DNA of 64,000 nucleotides from Escherichia coli O157:H7 (GCF_013167455.1 NZ_CP038328.1), one strand, 5' to 3'; positions 51,239 to 64,000 are shown, counted from the stretch's first letter. Notes: generated by a model from the sequence alone, not told the origin. Numbers and translations: made by a program.

Positions 51239-52011
51239 GCGTTTTTCTCCCTCGAATGCTCATTATGCTCACCGGGCAGGCGGGTAATCCGTGCGTGGCG
51301 AGCCTGATCTTCATCGAATCGTTTCATGGTGGTGTGAACAAAACTAAGGTGCGCCATCATTGCTTTACGCGCCCCGTCGGCATCACCAGCAAAAATGGCG
51401 TCAATGACAGCCTGATGTTGTTCGGTCAGTTGTGAAAAAACCGGTGGCACCAGATACATCCGCTGACGGCTATGCTTCACTGAGGATTGCAGGACATCGA
51501 AGAAACCGCGTATGGTTTGCAGCAGCACGATGTTATGTGAGGCTTCGGCAATCGCCAGATGAAAACGAACGTCCGCTTGTGAGGCGATATCCGGGTCTTC
51601 ACTTAGCGTTGCTTCAAAGCAAAGCTGAATCTTTTCTTTGTCGCCAGGTGTGGCGCGCATTGCCGCATGCCATGCGGTGCTGGCTTCAATGGCGTAGCGG
51701 GCTTCCAGAATATCGAAACTGTAATCCGGATCATCGGCCATCAGCGTTTTTAGCGGCTGGACGATGTTTTGCTCCGACCATGTGTCATGACGCCAGCGAA
51801 TAAACGTCCCGCCGCCGCGTCGACTGAGCAGCACGCCTTCGCTCACCAGTTTTGCCAGCGCCTCGCGTAGTGAATTACGTGATACGCCGAGTTGCATCGC
51901 CAGTTGGCGCTCAGCGGGCAACTTCATGCCCGCTTCCAGGTTTTTTTCATCAATCAGCGCCCGCACACGATCGGCAACCTCGTCTGACAGGCGTCTGGGT
52001 AAAACAATCAT
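51235..52011 (-). CDS. lldR: GntR-family lactate-responsive regulator LldR
   Basis: [55 protein letters not shown]..., 258 aa from ATG 52009-52011. Confidence 0.95.
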
Positions 52012-53666
52012 TAAGGAATCATCCACGTTAAGACATAAGCCTGAAGCGTGGTGATCACGCCCACCATACAGGTGAAGATCAGGCTGTGTTTGACAGTAAA
52101 GCGGAACAAATCAGACTCTTTGCCCACCAGGCCTACCGCCGCACAGGCGATAGCGATAGATTGCGGGGAGATCATCTTACCGGTGACGCCACCGGTGGTA
52201 TTGGCGGCAACCAGCAACAGATCAGAGACGCCAATTTGTTGTGCTGCGGTGGCTTGCAGCGCGGCGAACAGGGCGTTAGATGAGGTATCCGACCCGGTCA
52301 GGAATACCCCCAGCCAGCCGAGGAACGGCGAGAAGAAGGTGAATGCATGACCGGTGTGCGCCAGTGCCAGTGCCAGTGTTGATGACAGTCCGGAATAGTT
52401 CGAGATAAAGGCGAACGCCAGCACCATGCCGATGGAGTAGATGGGTAGAGCCAGTTCTTTCAGCGTGCTGCCGAAGGTGCTGATAGCGTCAGACGGTTTC
52501 ATCTTCAGCCAGACAATCGAGAGCAGTGCAGCAAACAGAATGGCGGTGCCGGTGGCAGAGAACCAGTCAAACTTAAACACGGCGGCATAGGCTGTAGCCT
52601 CGCTGACCACTGGCGGCATACGGGCAACCAGTTTATCGAGGTACGGCACCGGAATGTTGATCACCCACTCATACAGCGCGCCACCCGATGCGAACAGGGC
52701 TTTAAACGGCGGGATACTCCACAGTGTTACGGTAGCTGTCAGGAACAGGAACGGTGTCCAGGCACGTAACACCTGACCCGCAGTGTAACCGGTGTGGGCT
52801 AGCGTCATATCAACCTGTGACGCCCCCAAATCACCAAAACGGAATACGCGCACTGGCTGCCAGCGTTTGAGGAACAGCGTCAGGCAGAGCAGTGATACCA
52901 GCGAAGAGATAATGTCCGGCAGCTCCGGCCCAATGAAGTTAGAGCTAAGGTACTGAGCGATGGCAAACGAGCCGCCCGCAACCACGACCGCAGGCCACGT
53001 CTCCTTGATACCGCGCCAGCCGTCCATAATCGCCATGATCCAGAACAGCACGATAATGGTCATAAACGGTAGCTGCCGCCCCACCATCTGGCCAATCTCA
53101 AAGCTGTCGATGCCTGTTACTTGTCCGGCAACCAGGATTGGAATGCCCATCGCGCCAAATGCCACTGGCGCGGTGTTAACAATCAGGCACAGTCCGGCGG
53201 CGTACAGCGGTTTAAAACCCAGGCCGACCAGCAATGCGGCGGTAATTGCTACCGGTGCGCCAAAGCCTGCGGCTCCTTCAAGGAAAGCGCCGAAACAGAA
53301 ACCGACGATCAGCATTTGCAGACGCTGGTCAGGGGTTATCGAAAGAATAGACGAGCGAATGATGTCAAACTGCCCGGTTTTCACCGAGATCTTATAGACG
53401 AACACTGCTGCAATAATGATCCACGCGATGGGCCACAAACCATAGAAGAAGCCATAAACCACCGAGGCCAGCGCGTTAGCGACCGGCATTTTATAGAACA
53501 GCAAAGCCACGGCAAGGGCGATTGCTACCGTCCATGAGGCGGCGACGTATCCTTTCAGTTTGAGCTTAATCAGCGCAAAGAAGAAAAACAGGATGGGAAG
53601 CGATGCTATCAAACTGGAAAGCCAGATATTCCCGGCGGGATCGTAGTTTTGTTGCCAGAGATTCAT
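52011..53666 (-). CDS. lldP: L-lactate permease
   Basis: [54 protein letters not shown]..., 551 aa from ATG 53664-53666. Confidence 0.95.
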
Positions 53667-53967
53667 TGCAGGTCTCCTGGAGTCCACGCACATCGTGTAA
53701 TGAGTCTGTTGCTCATCTCCTTGTCACACGTTGTGTAAAAGTGGCACTGCCAATTGTGTTGTGTAGGGATAATGACAATGAATGGTTAACTAAATGTTAT
53801 GTATTGGCAATATTGATGTGAGTTTTAATTGGGGAATTGTGAACCAGAGGTCAGATAAGCGAAGAATTGGTAGGGCCAATTCTTGTGGGGGGAGATGTCT
53901 GGTAAAGAAAAGGGCAATCCTCATCAGAGAATTGCCCTTAGATTGTTGACCCGGAGCGCCTTATCTT

Positions 53968-53992
53968 GCCTGATGCGCGTAACGCATCAGGC
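53968..53992. repeat. REP-like palindrome
   Basis: gcctgatgcg-cgtaa-cgcatcaggc. Confidence 0.6.
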
Positions 53993-54033
53993 AATTTGGC
54001 GTTTGCCCTTAGTCACACTAACTTAATGGATCA

Positions 54034-57000
54034 TTACCACTGAATACCGGCACCGAGTGCGGCGGAGTATTCACCCTGGCTATTGGTACTACCTTGTAAT
54101 TTGTAGACCCAACGACCATTGGCGCTCACCATCGATACACCTAAAGCAACTGCCGATTCACCGTTGTAAGTACCGCCACCAATAGAGGCCATGCTGGCAC
54201 CTGGAGTGTAAGCCTGCGGCAGACCGGTCATTGCCATTGCAGAAGCGATACCACCGCTCAACTTGCTTTCAGTTTTAGACAGTTTGTTATCCATCTCAAC
54301 CATTCGCTGATCGGTGTATTGCTTCGTTTCCTGCACGCTTTGCTTCAACTGCGCGTAATTCACCACGTCGTTGTTGTTGACGCCAGCGGAGACGTTGCTG
54401 ATACGAGTCGTACCGCCGTTGCCGCCACCGAGGGTGATATTGCTATAGTCGATAGAACCATCAGCTTTGGTGTCGTAACGTACACCGCCAGCTTCGGAAG
54501 ACTTCAACTGTGCCACGTTAACAGCATCGGTAGCATTTTTACCTGCAGCTACGTTGGTGATACGACGTTGGTTAGTAGAGGAACCTACAGAGATCGTATT
54601 TTCTTCGGTTGCCACAGACCCTGTACCCAGAGCGACGCTGTTGTCAGCGGCAGCAATGGAGCCGGAACCAATCGCGACGCTATCTTTACCCTGCGCGCTG
54701 GCATCTACACCATCGGTATTGGTCTTGAAGTACTTGGTGCTACCGGTGGTGACGATATCGCCAATACCGTTTTCGATATTGGTGACGCGTGAATCAAGAT
54801 TCGTTACCCGATTATCCAGGTTAGTAATGCTCTGGGTATTCTGGGAAACCTGCGCATCCGTTACTTTCAACTGACCCACGTTGACCGCATCGGTATCAGC
54901 CGAACCTGCTGCGACGTTAGTGATCTGACGTTGACCATCCGCACTACCGACTGAGAATTCACCGACAGAGTTCTGCGGTGCGTCCATGTTGTAGGCGGTA
55001 TAATTGGTTTGAGCGCCACGAGTGGTCGTAGAACCATTACCTATCGCAATACTGTTGACATGAATGACTTGCGCATTGCTACCAATGGCAATGCCGTTAA
55101 GTGCATTCGCGTCCACGTAGGCACCATAACCGATACCAATACCTTTATCGCCATTCACGATGGTTTTCGCACCCATTGCCAGCGAGTCAGTTCCCACTGC
55201 CAGTGAATCTTCTTCCGTTGAATTAGCGTGGAAGTATTTAGTCGGCGTGGTTGCGACCGCACCAATCGCATTCTGCAATTGACGAACCGTAACGGCGTCA
55301 TGGGCTTCGGAACCATCGGCTACGTTGATGATTTGACGATATTTACCGTCATCACCGATAGACAATGCACCGAGCAGTTCGCCATCCGTGGTGTCGTAAC
55401 CAATAACAACGCCATTTTCCGTTATGCTGGTGTCACGGGAGCCTTTGGCAATCACTCGGCTGGAAACAGAGCTGCTACCCAGGGCGATACCCGTATCAAC
55501 GTCGCTGTAGCTGCCCTGACCAATAGCTACGCTGCTATCGCCTTTGGCGACAGAGTTATAACCTATAGCTGTAGCGCCAACACCCTGTGCGCTGGCGTCG
55601 TTGAACGCTAAGCCGTCGTCGTTAGTACGCACATAGTTAATACCCGCACCGTTTTCTTGGATATAGGTTGCGTCGGTGTTACCAGCGAGCTGATTGATAA
55701 TTTGGGTGTTCTGCTCAATCATCATATTCGTCGCATTCAACTGAGAACCGTTCACTGCATCGGTACTGTCCTCACTAATACTGCCATTAGCGACATTAGT
55801 GATGATGCTGGCTTTACCGTCATGGCTGGCATTGTAGGCTCCAGCACCGCCATTGGCAGTCTCATCCCACAGCAGGGCGTTATCATCAAGCGCATCCAGG
55901 GCGTCACCGACGTTGTTGTACTCGGCGTTCGCAATGGTGTAAGTCGGTGCGGTGATGGTGCCGTCAGCGTTGACTTCTGCGTCACCACCCAGCGCATCAG
56001 CGATGTACTTATTGGTGGTATAGAGTTGTGAGCCGTTAATCGCGTCGCTGCTGGCAGCAGAGATTGCACCGTTAGCGACGTTAGTGATTACACTGGCAGT
56101 TTTATCTTTTCCGTGAGCGGCGCTAAATGCACCATTTTCACCGGCGTCCGCATCCCAGAGCAGAGCGTCGTCAAGAGTGGTATCGATAGCATTCAGGGCA
56201 TCACCGACATTATCGTAATCAGCATTAGCAATGGTGTACGTCGGCGCAGTGATGGTGCCGTCTGCATTGACTTCGGCACCACCCCCCAGCGCATCAACAA
56301 CATAACTGCTCACGCCGTGGAGTTGTGAGCCGTTTACTGCGTCAGAACTGGAGTCTGAAATTTCACCATCTGCGACATCAGTGATCACGCTTGCGTCACC
56401 ATTAGTACCGTGTTTGGCACTGAATTTACCTGCGGTGGCATCCCAAAGCAGAGCATCGCCGAGAGACGTGCTAAATGAGGAGTTAATCGCAGCCAGTGCA
56501 TCGCCGACGTTATAATAATTTGTTTCACCGATTTTGTAGGTTGGACCGGTAAACACACCGTCAGTATTCACAGAAGCATTGCCGCCGAAGTAGGTGGCGA
56601 TATTGCTGCTTAAGTCATAAAGCTGGCTACCGTTAATGGCATCGGAACTGGTTGCAGTGACTGTGCCGTCCAGGATATTGGTGATTTTGCTGGCGGTATT
56701 GTTGCCATGAGCTGCAGTGAAGACACCATTGTCCTTATCCCATTTCAGCGCATCCTCACCAAGATTAGTCACCGTCTCAGTCAGATTAGAGATGTTGGTG
56801 GTGTTAGTGGCGATATTGGTGGTATTCGTCGCCACGGCATCGTTGGTGGTTTTCAGCTGAGAGCCGTTAACGGCATCGGTGCTGCCAGTCGTCAGGTCGC
56901 CATCTTTAACGTTGGTGATTTTGCTGGTGGTCTCGGTGCCATGAGCTGCCGTGAATACACCATTGTCCTTATCCCATTTCAGCGCATCCTCACCAAGATT

Positions 57001-58800
57001 AGTCACCGTCTCAGTCAGGTTAGAGATGTTGGTGGTGTTAGTGGCAATATTGGAAGTGTTATTGGCGATATTGGTGGTATTCGTCGCCACAGCATCGTTG
57101 GTGGTTTTCAGCTGAGAGCCGTTAACAGCATCAGTGCTGTCAGCCGTCAGGTCGGCATCTTTAACGTTGGTGATTTTGCTGGTGGTATCCTGGCCGTGAG
57201 CTGCACTGAATGCCTTTTTAGTTTCGTTCCAGAGCAGGGCATCAGCCTGAAGGTCACCAACGGAATCCGTCAGGTTGGTGATATTGGTGGTATTGGTGGC
57301 AATATTTGCCGTATTCGTGGCAATGTTGCTGGTATTAGTAGCGATATTGGCGGTGTTGGCTTCGACATCGTCATTGGTAGCTTTCAGTTGGGAACCGTTA
57401 ACCGCATCCTTACTGGAGGCTGAAATCGTGCCATCCGCAACATCGGTGATTACGCTGGCAGTTGGGCTACTAGTACCATGAGCAGCGCTGTATTTGCCTT
57501 TGGTTTGGTCCCATTGCAGGGTGTTTTCATCAAGTACAGCGAGCGCAGCCCCTACGTTATTTTTGCTACCATTTTTTAAATTGTAGGTTGGTGCTGTAAC
57601 AGTACCGTCATCAACATCTACTGCAGCCCCTCCTCCAAGCCTTTTTGCTACCGAGTCGCTAATGGCATAAAGCTGTGAACCATTAATGGCATCGTAACTG
57701 TCAGACTTGATCGCGCCATTTTTCACATTAACGATCTTGCGTTTTAATGAACTATTGCCGACAGAGACGGTATTGTCTAAATCCGCAATGGAATCTGCGC
57801 CCAGCGCGACAGAGTTAATACCGTTGGCACTGCTATTACTACCAAGCGCAAGACTCTTATCACCAGTTGCATTACTGGCTGTGCCTAAGGCAATGGTGTT
57901 TAAGCCTCTCGACTGGCTACCATTACCCAGAGCGATGGCATCCACGCCATCAGCTTTGTTGCCCTGGCCTATGGCGATTGCATTATCTGCCAGAGCCTGG
58001 CTGCCATTTCCTAATGCGATAGTATTGACTTTATCGGCAAGGCTTCCGAACCCCATTGCCATGCTATTAGTCCCTTTTGCCTTCGCATTATTGCCAATAG
58101 CAGTTGCATTTTCAGCGGCTTCGGTCTCAGCACCTATCGCAATAGCGTTTTCTTCAGATGCGACGCTACTTGCTCCCAGCGCCATTGAATACGCTTTTGA
58201 CGCATTGGCGGTGTCGCCAAGAGCAATACTCATAATCTCAGTAGCTTTAGTGGCATTTCCCAGGGCAATGGCGTTTGCTCCTTCCGCTTTGGAAGAGTCC
58301 CCCATAGCAATAGACAATTTACCCAATGCTTTTGAATAACGGCCGAGGGCCATTGAGTATTGGCCCAATGAATACGAAGAGGCACCCAGTGCTATACTTC
58401 TATCGCCTTCTGATATTGCACTAACCCCAAAGGCCATTGATGCACCACCAATCGCATGGGTTTTTGACCCGATGGCAGAGCTATATTGGCCTTCAGCTAT
58501 AGCGTCATAACCCACAGCAGTACTGGAACCACTGGTGTTCATAAAAGTATTTGCTTTCGCCCCTTTGCCTATAGCAACCCAGCCGTCGCCAGCTGATCCA
58601 CTACCGTAATCAACACCCTGACCGTTGTCATTCCCGGCATTCGCCAATGCCCCAAACGACGACAACATTCCACCCGCAACCAGCGCAGAAATTAACAGCT
58701 TACTGCGCCCAGATTTCTTGCCACGGCTTTTTGCCGTTTCGCTGGTAACAGTATAATTCCCTGTCGCAGGGTTCCAGATAACTTTAAATATTTTGTTCAT
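54034..58800 (-). CDS. ehaG: trimeric autotransporter adhesin (YadA-like head/stalk repeats, C-terminal beta-anchor), EhaG/UpaG type
   Basis: Extended signal peptide [18 protein letters not shown]. Many AIG/ALG head repeats and DAVNGSQL neck motifs. YadA-type anchor ending ...[10 protein letters not shown]. It sits in the lldP-yibL gap where E. coli carries upaG/ehaG. 1588 aa matches the EhaG length I recall. Confidence 0.85.
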   Translation of the reverse strand: MNKIFKVIWNPATGNYTVTSETAKSRGKKSGRSKLLISALVAGGMLSSFGALANAGNDNGQGVDYGSGSAGDGWVAIGKGAKANTFMNTSGSSTAVGYDAIAEGQYSSAIGSKTHAIGGASMAFGVSAISEGDRSIALGASSYSLGQYSMALGRYSKALGKLSIAMGDSSKAEGANAIALGNATKATEIMSIALGDTANASKAYSMALGASSVASEENAIAIGAETEAAENATAIGNNAKAKGTNSMAMGFGSLADKVNTIALGNGSQALADNAIAIGQGNKADGVDAIALGNGSQSRGLNTIALGTASNATGDKSLALGSNSSANGINSVALGADSIADLDNTVSVGNSSLKRKIVNVKNGAIKSDSYDAINGSQLYAISDSVAKRLGGGAAVDVDDGTVTAPTYNLKNGSKNNVGAALAVLDENTLQWDQTKGKYSAAHGTSSPTASVITDVADGTISASSKDAVNGSQLKATNDDVEANTANIATNTSNIATNTANIATNTTNITNLTDSVGDLQADALLWNETKKAFSAAHGQDTTSKITNVKDADLTADSTDAVNGSQLKTTNDAVATNTTNIANNTSNIATNTTNISNLTETVTNLGEDALKWDKDNGVFTAAHGTETTSKITNVKDGDLTTGSTDAVNGSQLKTTNDAVATNTTNIATNTTNISNLTETVTNLGEDALKWDKDNGVFTAAHGNNTASKITNILDGTVTATSSDAINGSQLYDLSSNIATYFGGNASVNTDGVFTGPTYKIGETNYYNVGDALAAINSSFSTSLGDALLWDATAGKFSAKHGTNGDASVITDVADGEISDSSSDAVNGSQLHGVSSYVVDALGGGAEVNADGTITAPTYTIANADYDNVGDALNAIDTTLDDALLWDADAGENGAFSAAHGKDKTASVITNVANGAISAASSDAINGSQLYTTNKYIADALGGDAEVNADGTITAPTYTIANAEYNNVGDALDALDDNALLWDETANGGAGAYNASHDGKASIITNVANGSISEDSTDAVNGSQLNATNMMIEQNTQIINQLAGNTDATYIQENGAGINYVRTNDDGLAFNDASAQGVGATAIGYNSVAKGDSSVAIGQGSYSDVDTGIALGSSSVSSRVIAKGSRDTSITENGVVIGYDTTDGELLGALSIGDDGKYRQIINVADGSEAHDAVTVRQLQNAIGAVATTPTKYFHANSTEEDSLAVGTDSLAMGAKTIVNGDKGIGIGYGAYVDANALNGIAIGSNAQVIHVNSIAIGNGSTTTRGAQTNYTAYNMDAPQNSVGEFSVGSADGQRQITNVAAGSADTDAVNVGQLKVTDAQVSQNTQSITNLDNRVTNLDSRVTNIENGIGDIVTTGSTKYFKTNTDGVDASAQGKDSVAIGSGSIAAADNSVALGTGSVATEENTISVGSSTNQRRITNVAAGKNATDAVNVAQLKSSEAGGVRYDTKADGSIDYSNITLGGGNGGTTRISNVSAGVNNNDVVNYAQLKQSVQETKQYTDQRMVEMDNKLSKTESKLSGGIASAMAMTGLPQAYTPGASMASIGGGTYNGESAVALGVSMVSANGRWVYKLQGSTNSQGEYSAALGAGIQW

Positions 58801-58843
58801 TAATGATGCTCGCTATTCCTTGTTATAAGCGTACTAACTGCAT

Positions 58844-59527
58844 TTATTTTTTGCTTCTTTTCTGCCGATTTTCAGCAGAGGGAAGATTGTCGAACTGAAT
58901 ATTTTCCATGTTGATGGCTAACTTCAGATATCCCAGGTTATTGGGCGATACACCCTTCAGGGTCAAATTAATGTCTTGCCATTGACCTGGTAATAATTTC
59001 AATGTGGATTTCATTGATGTGTTGAAAAGTAATTGTTGCCACCGGGCAAACTCTTTGGCATCGACAGGTTTTTCACCACCCCATGTCGCATTAAAACCAA
59101 TATTTGAGATAGGTGTACTTAATAAGTTGACCAGTGAAATATGAATAACACTGCCATTCTCTGTGGCGTCAATGGATAACACTCGACCCGCTAAAGCCAC
59201 CGAACCATTGTTCAGGATGAAATACTTCGTTTTTGCTGGGTTAAACTCGGTAAAAATAAAAGTGTTTTGTTGATCTTTAACGGATTTAATTACGTGAGTT
59301 AAAGTCTTTGTACTGCTTATTATGCCAGTTTGTTGTTTTTGAATAGTTTCCAGTTGACTCTTTAGCTGTGCTTGTTGTTTTTCAAGTAGATCAATTTTAT
59401 TGTTATGTTCTTCTTGTTGTTTCAATAAACTACTTTCTGGCTTGCCTTCTTCAATGTAGTCACATCCCGTTAATGCGCAGAGAACTGAAACAGTGACAGC
59501 ACTGAAAAAAATCTTCTTCTAGTTCAT
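58844..59527 (-). pseudogene. lipoprotein gene with an in-frame amber codon at codon 3
   Basis: The minus strand reads ATG AAC TAG AAG AAG ATT TTT TTC AGT GCT ... TTA ACG GGA TGT = MN*KKIFFSAVTVSVLCALTGC (signal peptide plus LTGC lipobox), in frame with the 193-codon ORF 58844-59425. Confidence 0.6.
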
Positions 59528-60069
59528 GTAAAAATCCTTATTTCCTCCGCCCAGCGATCAATGCCGGTAGAGTTGTCCATTGTATTATTGGTGATCTATG
59601 TTGCTTTACATTAATGACAGTGATGTGTGTCGATTAAATATTGTTTTAAGCATTCATTATAAAAATGTATCATTCGTTTCAAAAGATGTCTGTGTTTGTA
59701 TGAATATATTATTTTCGTGGATTCTAATGATGATTATTAATAAATGTCAAATATGAAAGAAACCATGTCTGGGAAAAAATTTACAGATAATTTATTGTAT
59801 GAATATGATGATTAAAATTTCACAATTAAATCCGAAAAAAAGAGACGTAACTGCTTGTTAATTAATAAATGATATCTTCTATATATTTTTATTGTTTATA
59901 GGTGGCTATTTCGGTAAAAATGCATTTTCAGAATATCAACCAGCGGTAAATCGACGTAAAGGGAGTGAATTGTTTGGTAATTAGGCGAGTAGACAGGAGA
60001 GTCCCCGCATTGACCAGCTAAGGCAAGCCAGATGCGGGTTGATATGATCGAACCAGTCGTCTGAGGCGC

Positions 60070-60432
60070 TTAAAACGCAGTCTTAGAGAATCCAGTCATC
60101 TCCTGCAGGCCCATTTCACGGCCCAGCGCGGTCATTGGGTGCACAACCACCAGTCCGCGAACACTTTTCTTCAGCTTGCCCATATCAGCCTGCTCTTTTT
60201 TGGTAATTGCGCGCTGAAACGGCATCTTCATCAGCTTCTGTGCTTCTTTACTCAGTTTTTGGCTATGAACTTCACGCAGGCGAGCAATTTCTGCTTCCAG
60301 CGTGGCTTTCTCTTTTTCCAGCTCGGCATATTTGTCTGCGGCTTCAACCAGCGACAGATCGGCCTGCTGGTGGCGGATGGCGTCCAGACGATCGCTGAGA
60401 CGTTTGATTTCGTTTTTTTCGACTTCTTTCAT
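60070..60432 (-). CDS. yibL: ribosome-associated protein YibL
   Basis: [55 protein letters not shown]..., 120 aa. Confidence 0.92.
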
Positions 60433-60716
60433 GTGATGGCTTCTGATAAAGATAAATTTATAGCCCCTAGTATGCGCGACCAGGTGCTTTGTTCACAACT
60501 GATGACATTGCAATAGTTCTGTAACGTAATCATTAACATGCTTAAAAACTACGCAATTTATTGATTAATTAAGAAATCTATAGAAAAAAGATAATAAACA
60601 GCAGCGGATGATTATTGAGGATTCAGCACGTTTTCCTTAATGTCATCTTTACCGGGAACCTAAACTAAAATTGGCGGCCGCGCATTCCCGGCGCGGGGTA
60701 ATACGGAGATATCATC

Positions 60717-60926
60717 ATGGGCAAATTAGGTGAAAACGTTCCGCTTCTTATCGATAAAGCCGTAGATTTCATGGCATCAAGCCAGGCGTTCCGGGAGTAT
60801 CTGAAAAAACTTCCTCCCCGTAACGCGATTCCGTCCGGAATACCCGATGAAAGCGTGCCGTTATATCTACAACGTCTGGAGTATTATCGTCGGCTTTATC
60901 GGCCGAAGCAGGTAGAGGGGCAGTAA
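60717..60926 (+). CDS. yibT: small protein YibT
   Basis: [64 protein letters not shown]..., 69 aa. Confidence 0.85.
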
Positions 60927-60937
60927 GCAGACGTTGC

Positions 60938-61525
60938 TTACTTTTGAAAGGCTTTTTTTAAGCTGATTCTGGAAATCAGCTCAGTCAGTGAAAGGACCAT
61001 TGTTGATCGCACAGCCTGTTGATAGCGCTGAATTTGCATTGCATACAAACTGGAGTCTGCTGGTTCAAACTGTGGCGGCGGTGGTAACGCCGCCACGCAG
61101 TGCAGTTCCCCAAAGGGTCCAAGGATCTCGTCGTCGGTAAAGGCGTACTCGTTGCCGTCGTGATTTAGTTCTTCACGCAATGCCATCAGCAGCTCCGCAT
61201 CTTCGTATTCCTGGCGGTTAATGACGCCCAACCCGTAAATGAGTTTTAAACGCACAGAAAGATCGCCCAGCGGACCGTCGCCGTCGAGTAACGGTTCTAC
61301 AGCATACTTCACCGCGTAATCGTCTTTGCGGAATACCTGAAGCACCAGAAGATTTACCGCCTCGGTCAAAAGCTCGACGGCGGTGATCAGAAAGCTTCGC
61401 ACGGTTTTGCCAGCATTCAGACGCTCAAGCACACGGTTTTCAAAGGCCTGGGTTTGTTCCATTGTTGCCTGCATATCTGACAATCTGTTATTCGGGCGCA
61501 GGGTGTCCTGCGCCTGGTCCACCAT
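60938..61525 (-). CDS. mtlR: mannitol operon repressor
   Basis: [53 protein letters not shown]..., 195 aa. Confidence 0.95.
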   Translation of the reverse strand: MVDQAQDTLRPNNRLSDMQATMEQTQAFENRVLERLNAGKTVRSFLITAVELLTEAVNLLVLQVFRKDDYAVKYAVEPLLDGDGPLGDLSVRLKLIYGLGVINRQEYEDAELLMALREELNHDGNEYAFTDDEILGPFGELHCVAALPPPPQFEPADSSLYAMQIQRYQQAVRSTMVLSLTELISRISLKKAFQK

Positions 61526-62673
61526 TATTGCATTGCTTTATAAGCGGTTACCGCCTCGGATACAACCTCGCTGTTGGCATCAAGATCGGAAATCTGTGCC
61601 AGCGCCGCCTGCGGACCTTTGTCAGCGATCAGTGCTGCCAGTTCCTGAGCCTGCGGATCGTCTTCACTGCGGAAGTGCATTGCACCAGCAATCCCCTGAA
61701 TCAGATTCTTGTGCGGAAGGCTGTATTCCAGCGTACCGAGCAATGGCTTGATCAGACGGTCGCCAGCACTCAGTTTACGCAGCGGCTGACGGCCTACGCG
61801 CTCTACATCATCTTTCAGATACGGGTTCTCAAAACGACCGAGGATTTTCTGGATGTACGCCGCATGTTTGTCTGCGTCAAAGCCGTAGCGCTTGATCAGT
61901 ACCGCACCACTTTCTTCCATCGCACCTTTTACCACCGCGCGGATTTTCTCGTCGAGAATAGCGTCACGAATGGTCTGATGACCGGCCAGTTTTCCGAGGT
62001 ACGCGGTTATAGCATGACCCGTGTTCAGGGTGAAGAGTTTACGTTCGACAAATGCCATCAGGTTGTCGGTTAACTCCATGCCTGGGATGTTCGGCAGTGC
62101 GCCTTTGAACTGCGTTTTATCGACAATCCATTCGCTGAAAGTTTCTACCGTCACTTCCAGCGGATCGTTAGTTGCCGAAGCCGAAGGCGGTACGATGCGG
62201 TCAACGGCGGAATCGACAAAGCCAACGTGTTCTTCTACCCACGCTTTGGCGTCTTCTGGTAGGGCGTTCATCACATGACCTTTCAGCTGCGTGGTACCGC
62301 GTACCATGTTTTCACAGGCGATGATGTTCAGCGGGGATTCATTACCTTGTTCTTTACGTTTCACCAGCCCTTTGGCGATAGCCGGAGCAATACGTTCCAG
62401 CACAACCGGGCCAACGGCGGTAGTGACTAAATCGACCTGAGCAATCAGATCAACGACATCATCACCAATGCTGCTGACAGCATCGACGCCGGAAACGGTA
62501 TCTACCTGCTCGGTTTCACCGACCACATGAACCTGATAGCTATGACGGGCATTCAGGGCATCAAGTACCACCTGATTGACATCGGCAAACGTCAGTTGGA
62601 TACCCGCGTCTGCCAGCAGTTTACCGATAAAGCCACGACCGATATTACCTGCGCCAAAATGTAATGCTTTCAT
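61525..62673 (-). CDS. mtlD: mannitol-1-phosphate 5-dehydrogenase
   Basis: [51 protein letters not shown]..., 382 aa from ATG 62671-62673. The ORF track's upstream extension runs through the intergenic repeat. Confidence 0.95.
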
Positions 62674-62699
62674 AGTATTAACCTTCATCAATGTTTTTA

Positions 62700-62765
62700 C
62701 CCGAGAGGGCTGGGGTGAGGCTTTTCCCTCACCCAAACCCTCTCCGTGAGGAGAGGGTAGGATTG
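62700..62765. repeat. GC-rich palindromic intergenic repeat between mtlA and mtlD
   Basis: gagggctggggtgaggcttttccctcacccaaaccctctccgtgaggagagggtagg contains two hairpins of the GGGTGAGG/CCCTCACCC type. Confidence 0.5.
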
Positions 62766-62767
62766 GA

Positions 62768-64000
62768 TTACTTACGACCTGCCAGCAGTTCCAGCACTTC
62801 ATCCACGCTGGTGGTGTGTGCCAGACGCTCGATGACGGACTCATCATCCAGTGCGTTGGTCAGGCTGGTGATAACCTGAATGTGCTCGTTGTTACGGGCA
62901 GCAATACCAATCACCAGACGAGCAATGTCATCTTCTTCTTCACCGAAGCGCACGCCTTCCGGGTACTGGCAGAACACCACGCCCGTTTTCAGTACGCGAT
63001 CTTTCGCTTCAACCGTACCGTGTGGCACCGCGATAGACTCACCCAGATAAGTCGGGGTCAGTTTTTCACGATCCAGCATCGCCTGAACGTACTCCGGCTC
63101 AACGTAACCGCCTTTCACCAGCTGCTCGCCAGCAAAACGAATCGCTTCTTCTTTGGTTGCTGCTTTGCGACCGAGGAAGATGTTCTCCGCGCCCAGTTTG
63201 AACAGGTTAGCACTGGAATCGTCAAAGCTGTCTTTCAGACTGTCTTTCACTTTCACTTCGTTTTCAGTATGTCGCTGGGCAGCAACCAGACGTTCAGTCA
63301 GGCTGGTGTACAGGCCGCTGTCGAGGAAGTTGGTTAGCGAAATATGCTGTGCCTGAGGAACCTGGCGCATAGCGCGTTCGGTCAGGTCACGGTGAGTGAT
63401 GACGAGGTCCACATCTGGCGGCAGGTTGTTGATCGCGCTGTTAGTGACCGAAATCTGTGACAGACCTGCATCCTGAATTTTCTTACGCAGCACGCCTGCG
63501 CCCATCGCACTGGAACCCATACCGGCGTCACAGGCAACGATGATTTTACGTACGTGGCTCAGGTCGTTAGTCACATCGCCCGCAGACAGCGGAGATGCAC
63601 CTTTAGACTCAGCTTTCATGTCCTGCATACGACGAGTTGCTGCTTCAATATCATCTTCTTCTTTCACTTTGCTGGTTTTCAGCAAAATAGCAGAGACAAC
63701 GAAGGAGACAGCCATCGCCGCACACACACCCGCGATGTTAGCGAAATAAGCACCTTTTGGTGTCATCGCCAGTACAGCAAGGATAGAACCCGGAGATGCC
63801 GGAGAAACCAGACCACCGCCCAGGATAGTCAGCGTGAACACGCCAGTCATACCGCCGAGGATGACTGCGAGGATCAGACGCGGATTCATCAGCACATACG
63901 GGAAGTAGATTTCGTGGATACCACCCAGGAAGTGGATGATTGCCGCACCGCCCGCAGACTGTTTAGCGCTACCACGACCAAAGAACATGTACGCCAGCAG
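62768..64000 (-). CDS. mtlA: PTS mannitol-specific EIICBA component, C-terminal ~410 aa; the N-terminus lies beyond the window end
   Basis: ...[57 protein letters not shown]... and the EIIA domain ...[46 protein letters not shown]... Confidence 0.95.

Overview
This window is Escherichia coli chromosome, the yicC-to-mtlA segment in the opposite orientation to the K-12 map. From about 16.45 kb to 64 kb it is recognisable core genome: yicC, rph, pyrE, slmA, dut, coaBC, yicR, rpmBG, mutM, coaD, waaA, the waa LPS-core cluster, hldD, htrL, kbl-tdh, waaH, yibQ, envC, gpmM, yibN, grxC, secB, gpsA, cysE, trmL, lldDRP, yibL, yibT and mtlRDA. There are two accessory patches in this part. One is a low-GC waa central region whose gene order (waaQ-G-P, GT8, waaY, GT8, GT4, then convergent waaL) fits the R3 core type. 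The other is a 1588-aa trimeric autotransporter adhesin (EhaG/UpaG type) next to a lipoprotein gene that has an amber codon at codon 3. The left 16.4 kb is a mosaic mobile island inserted just beyond the yicC terminator. It has a P4-family tyrosine integrase, AlpA, an AntA-type antirepressor and an Ash/Icd-like immunity region. It also has a P4-alpha-like SF3 primase/helicase next to a cluster of TGTTCACC (P4 type I) iterons, followed by SSB, a FinO/ProQ-domain protein and three PerC-family genes. The remainder holds a YeeE/YedE-like membrane protein, an orphan lambdoid Q antiterminator, an IS66-family element with intact 8-bp target duplications but an internally deleted transposase, and a truncated IS2. 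No capsid, sid, psu or cos functions were seen, and I saw no tRNA, rRNA or CRISPR array. The most unusual signal is at 6745-7180. Four abutting ~60-nt nested stem-loop modules have covarying stems and an invariant 7-nt loop. On the minus strand they sit between a TATAAT promoter and an intrinsic terminator, which makes this a candidate multi-hairpin non-coding RNA or a novel REP-like array at the end of the island's replication operon. Other leads are the integrase-coupled 216-aa orphan, a 343-codon ORF that runs through terminator and promoter signals in the immunity region, and two small acidic paralogs upstream of the helicase. All family assignments come from reading the sequences and from memory. 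No database search was run.
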